Made by a program: the position numbers and the translations under genes. A stretch of DNA of 64,000 bases from Klebsormidium nitens (taxonomy: Eukaryota; Plantae; Klebsormidiophyceae), in NCBI GenBank assembly GCA_000708835.1, contig DF237051.1, positions 1 through 64,000 of the forward strand. Direction: 5' to 3'. Shown here in pieces: positions 62,301 to 64,000 of the stretch (position 1 is its first letter; each line of letters begins with the position of its first letter). The notes under the pieces are model-generated. The model was not told the DNA's origin, did not search any database, and saw only the letters and a list, made by a program, of their open reading frames with translations.

Positions 62301-63967
62301 ATGTCAAAGTTAAGGGGACGTTCATTTGTTTACCTTTCGAAGTATCTTTTCCTGGATAACAATATAAGTCAAGGTGACATTTTCGAATCGTCGTCGAGGA
62401 CAACGACGGGGAGAGCATCCTGCACCACGAGTACTTCCTCCTGCGCGCGGTAAACGAACTTTCCGGCATATTTTTATTCTGCTGAACTGTGAAGATTTGG
62501 GGATCGAGAAGTTTGGTCGATGTTTTGGATCATCGTCGAGGACAACGACGCGGAGGGCGTCCTGCACCACACGAGTACTTCCTGCTGCGCGCTGTACGCA
62601 ACCCATTATTTTAGTTTCTGACTTCGTGCCATTCCTTTTGAAAGGCTGTGGTCATTGTTCCTGCATGTCGATCATCTCTGCGAGGCACGTCTGCTCTTCC
62701 TTGGTCAATTTTACATCAACTGCTGTGGAATCTCCCACATGTCGACCTCCTCGAAGCAATGAAGCAACTTTTGAAGCTGCGCACTCTTCTTGAAAAGGTC
62801 CCGAGATCGGGTCTAGTAAACTGCTCTATCGCAAACCTGTAAAACGGCTATCCTTAGCCTCCCCTTGCATCTCTTTACTTCTGTTCGCACTCCAGAACAC
62901 ATACTTGGTCCCCTTCGCATTTGCGCCTCTACGTTACTAGACCAGACCCCTTTACTGATTCTTTCTATCTGTCGTTTCTACAGAACGAGATCGAGGAGGA
63001 GCACCAGGTCAGCTTCACGGTGCCCATCTTCGAGCCGCTGCCCCCGCAGTACTTCGTCCGCGTCGTCTCCGACCGCTGGCTCTCGTCCGAGTCCGTTCTG
63101 CCCGTCTCGTTCCGCCACCTCATTCTGCCGGAAAAGTACCCCCCCGCCACGGAACTCCTGGATCTCCAGCCGCTGCCCATTTCGGCGCTGCGGAAACCGG
63201 AGTTCGAGAAGCTGTACGAGGGGCGGTTCAGCCACTTCAACCCCATCCAGACGCAGGTGGGTGTCTTCGTATCTGCAGAGGCTCTGTTGTTGCTATGCAT
63301 CTGGTCAGTTTAACAAGGTGCACTGTTTGAGTGGACGACATTTCAACCCACTTTATTTGATCAGATTGCAGGTCATTGTGTAACAGACTTTAGCTTTGGG
63401 TTCTCAGAGTTGTCCGGTTTTCGCAGGAAGTTGTGAATATTAGAGTGCTATAGGTCCTGAAGTTTGAGAGAGTTGCGGCGTGTCTCACGGTTGACTCAGT
63501 TTCTCAAAGGCTCATCATTGTAAAAGCGTCAGTCTGTATCTGGCCGCGTTCAGTCACTGTTTGCCGTCAGTCCAGCTGAGAACGATGTCACCGAGTTTCC
63601 CTAAGTCTCCCTCTCTCCAACCAGTGGAGTTCAAGGAGGAAATTATGGCTTCGGTCGCCCGACAGGTTTGCTCAGCATACCCATCTGGTTGAGCTCAAGG
63701 AGGAGTTTATGACTTCGGTTGGCCAACAGACTTTCTCGGCATACTCAACCGGTTGAGCTCAAGGAGAGTTTCAGCTTTGGTTGCCCAATAATCTTTCTCA
63801 GCCTACTCAGCCTTTCTATCTGTGCTGCTGCAGGTCTTCACCGTTCTGTACAACACGGACGACAACGTCCTGGTGGCCGCTCCGACCGGCAGCGGGAAGA
63901 CGATCTGCGCCGAGTTTGCGATCCTGAGGATGCTGCAAAAGGCGCCCAACGGGGGGCCTGGCGGAAG
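53320..63967 (+). CDS. BRR2: U5 snRNP 200-kDa DExH helicase BRR2, 5' part (continues beyond window); exons 53320-53569, 54480-54919, 55589-56746, 57081-57488, 57886-58146, 58666-58797, 59233-59619, 60145-60378, 60822-61144, 61878-62109, 62984-63256, 63834-63967
   Basis: [19 protein letters not shown]-like [51 protein letters not shown], Sec63 domain and second cassette AAPTGSGKT. All eleven joins are GT-AG and phase-consistent. Confidence 0.98.
57775..57815 (+). repeat. Echo of BRR2 exon start 57886 (spacing 110 bp)
   Basis: TTCGTGCACTCACGTGAGGAGACAGG versus TTCGTGCACTCGCGCAAGGAGACCGG. Confidence 0.7.
60005..60062 (+). repeat. Old echo of BRR2 exon start 60145 (spacing 144 bp)
   Basis: GACCTGAGCCGCAGTACGAG...CACGGCATGATTGCAAC versus GACCTGGGCCGCATTGCAAG...CACGGTACGATTGCGAC. 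Confidence 0.65.
60457..60570 (+). repeat. Echoes of BRR2 exon end 60378 (main copy ends 60529, spacing 151 bp; short second copy 60537-60560)
   Basis: Echo reads [15 protein letters not shown](+1)DTIREPSAK versus exon [24 protein letters not shown]; 51/72 nt identical by hand count. Confidence 0.8.
61570..61776 (+). repeat. Two acceptor/exon-start echoes (61580, 61709) of BRR2 exon 61878
   Basis: CCAG|GTTTCCCAAGATGGGTAAGACTGTGCACCGGTATATCCACCTGTTCCCGAAGCTGGAG matches the exon at 60/67 nt. An older copy reads TCAG|GTTTCTGAGGCGGGCAAGAC. Confidence 0.9.
62200..62600 (+). repeat. Three exon-end/donor echoes (ending 62272, 62449, 62593) of BRR2 exon ending 62109
   Basis: GTCGAGGA(C/T)AACGA..GAGAGCATCCTGCACCA.GAG.ACTT.CT.CT.CG.GC.|GT is repeated at spacings 163, 177, 144. 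Confidence 0.92.
63627..63812 (+). repeat. Intronic tandem repeat, 64-bp unit x ~3
   Basis: Units start GAG(T/C)TCAAGGAG at 63627, 63691 and 63755; the array ends ~20 nt before the acceptor at 63833. Confidence 0.9.
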
Positions 63968-64000
63968 GTGGGTTCACATAGCCATGCTCAAACAGATCAC

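Noticed and set aside
1094-63372. Echoes as pure assembly artefacts
   Set aside because: Most copies differ by 5-30%, with indels, lost splice sites and codon-position bias, unlike read mis-joins. Only the gapped 174-bp array remains suspect.

Overview
Eukaryotic, intron-rich nuclear DNA. GC-rich exons, 300-1200 bp GT-AG introns, plant-type BI-1, BRR2 and initiator tRNA together with a ciliary gene suggest a flagellate-forming streptophyte alga (Klebsormidium-like; this is inference). I hand-spliced these genes: Kelch-repeat protein (+), Bax inhibitor-1 (-), CEP41 (+), an F-box/LRR gene with an in-frame stop (-), Exonuclease V with a ~670-aa N-terminal extension and PIP-box (-), a frameshifted class-C beta-lactamase-like serine hydrolase pseudogene (+), a single-exon F-box gene (-), a coiled-coil gene (-, possibly CCDC151-like) and the 5' part of BRR2 (+). 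There is also a tRNA-iMet with an unusual T-stem, two tRNA-like paralogues, a nested inverted-repeat/MITE cluster and two N gaps. The most striking signal is a window-wide pattern of 'exon-edge echoes': about 20 degenerate intronic copies of the adjacent exon edge, usually including its splice site, in six genes. Their polarity is strict: exon starts are echoed upstream and exon ends downstream. Most spacings are 139-177 bp (nucleosome/Okazaki scale), and several copies differ from the working exon almost only at third codon positions. All alignments and counts are manual; no database search was run.
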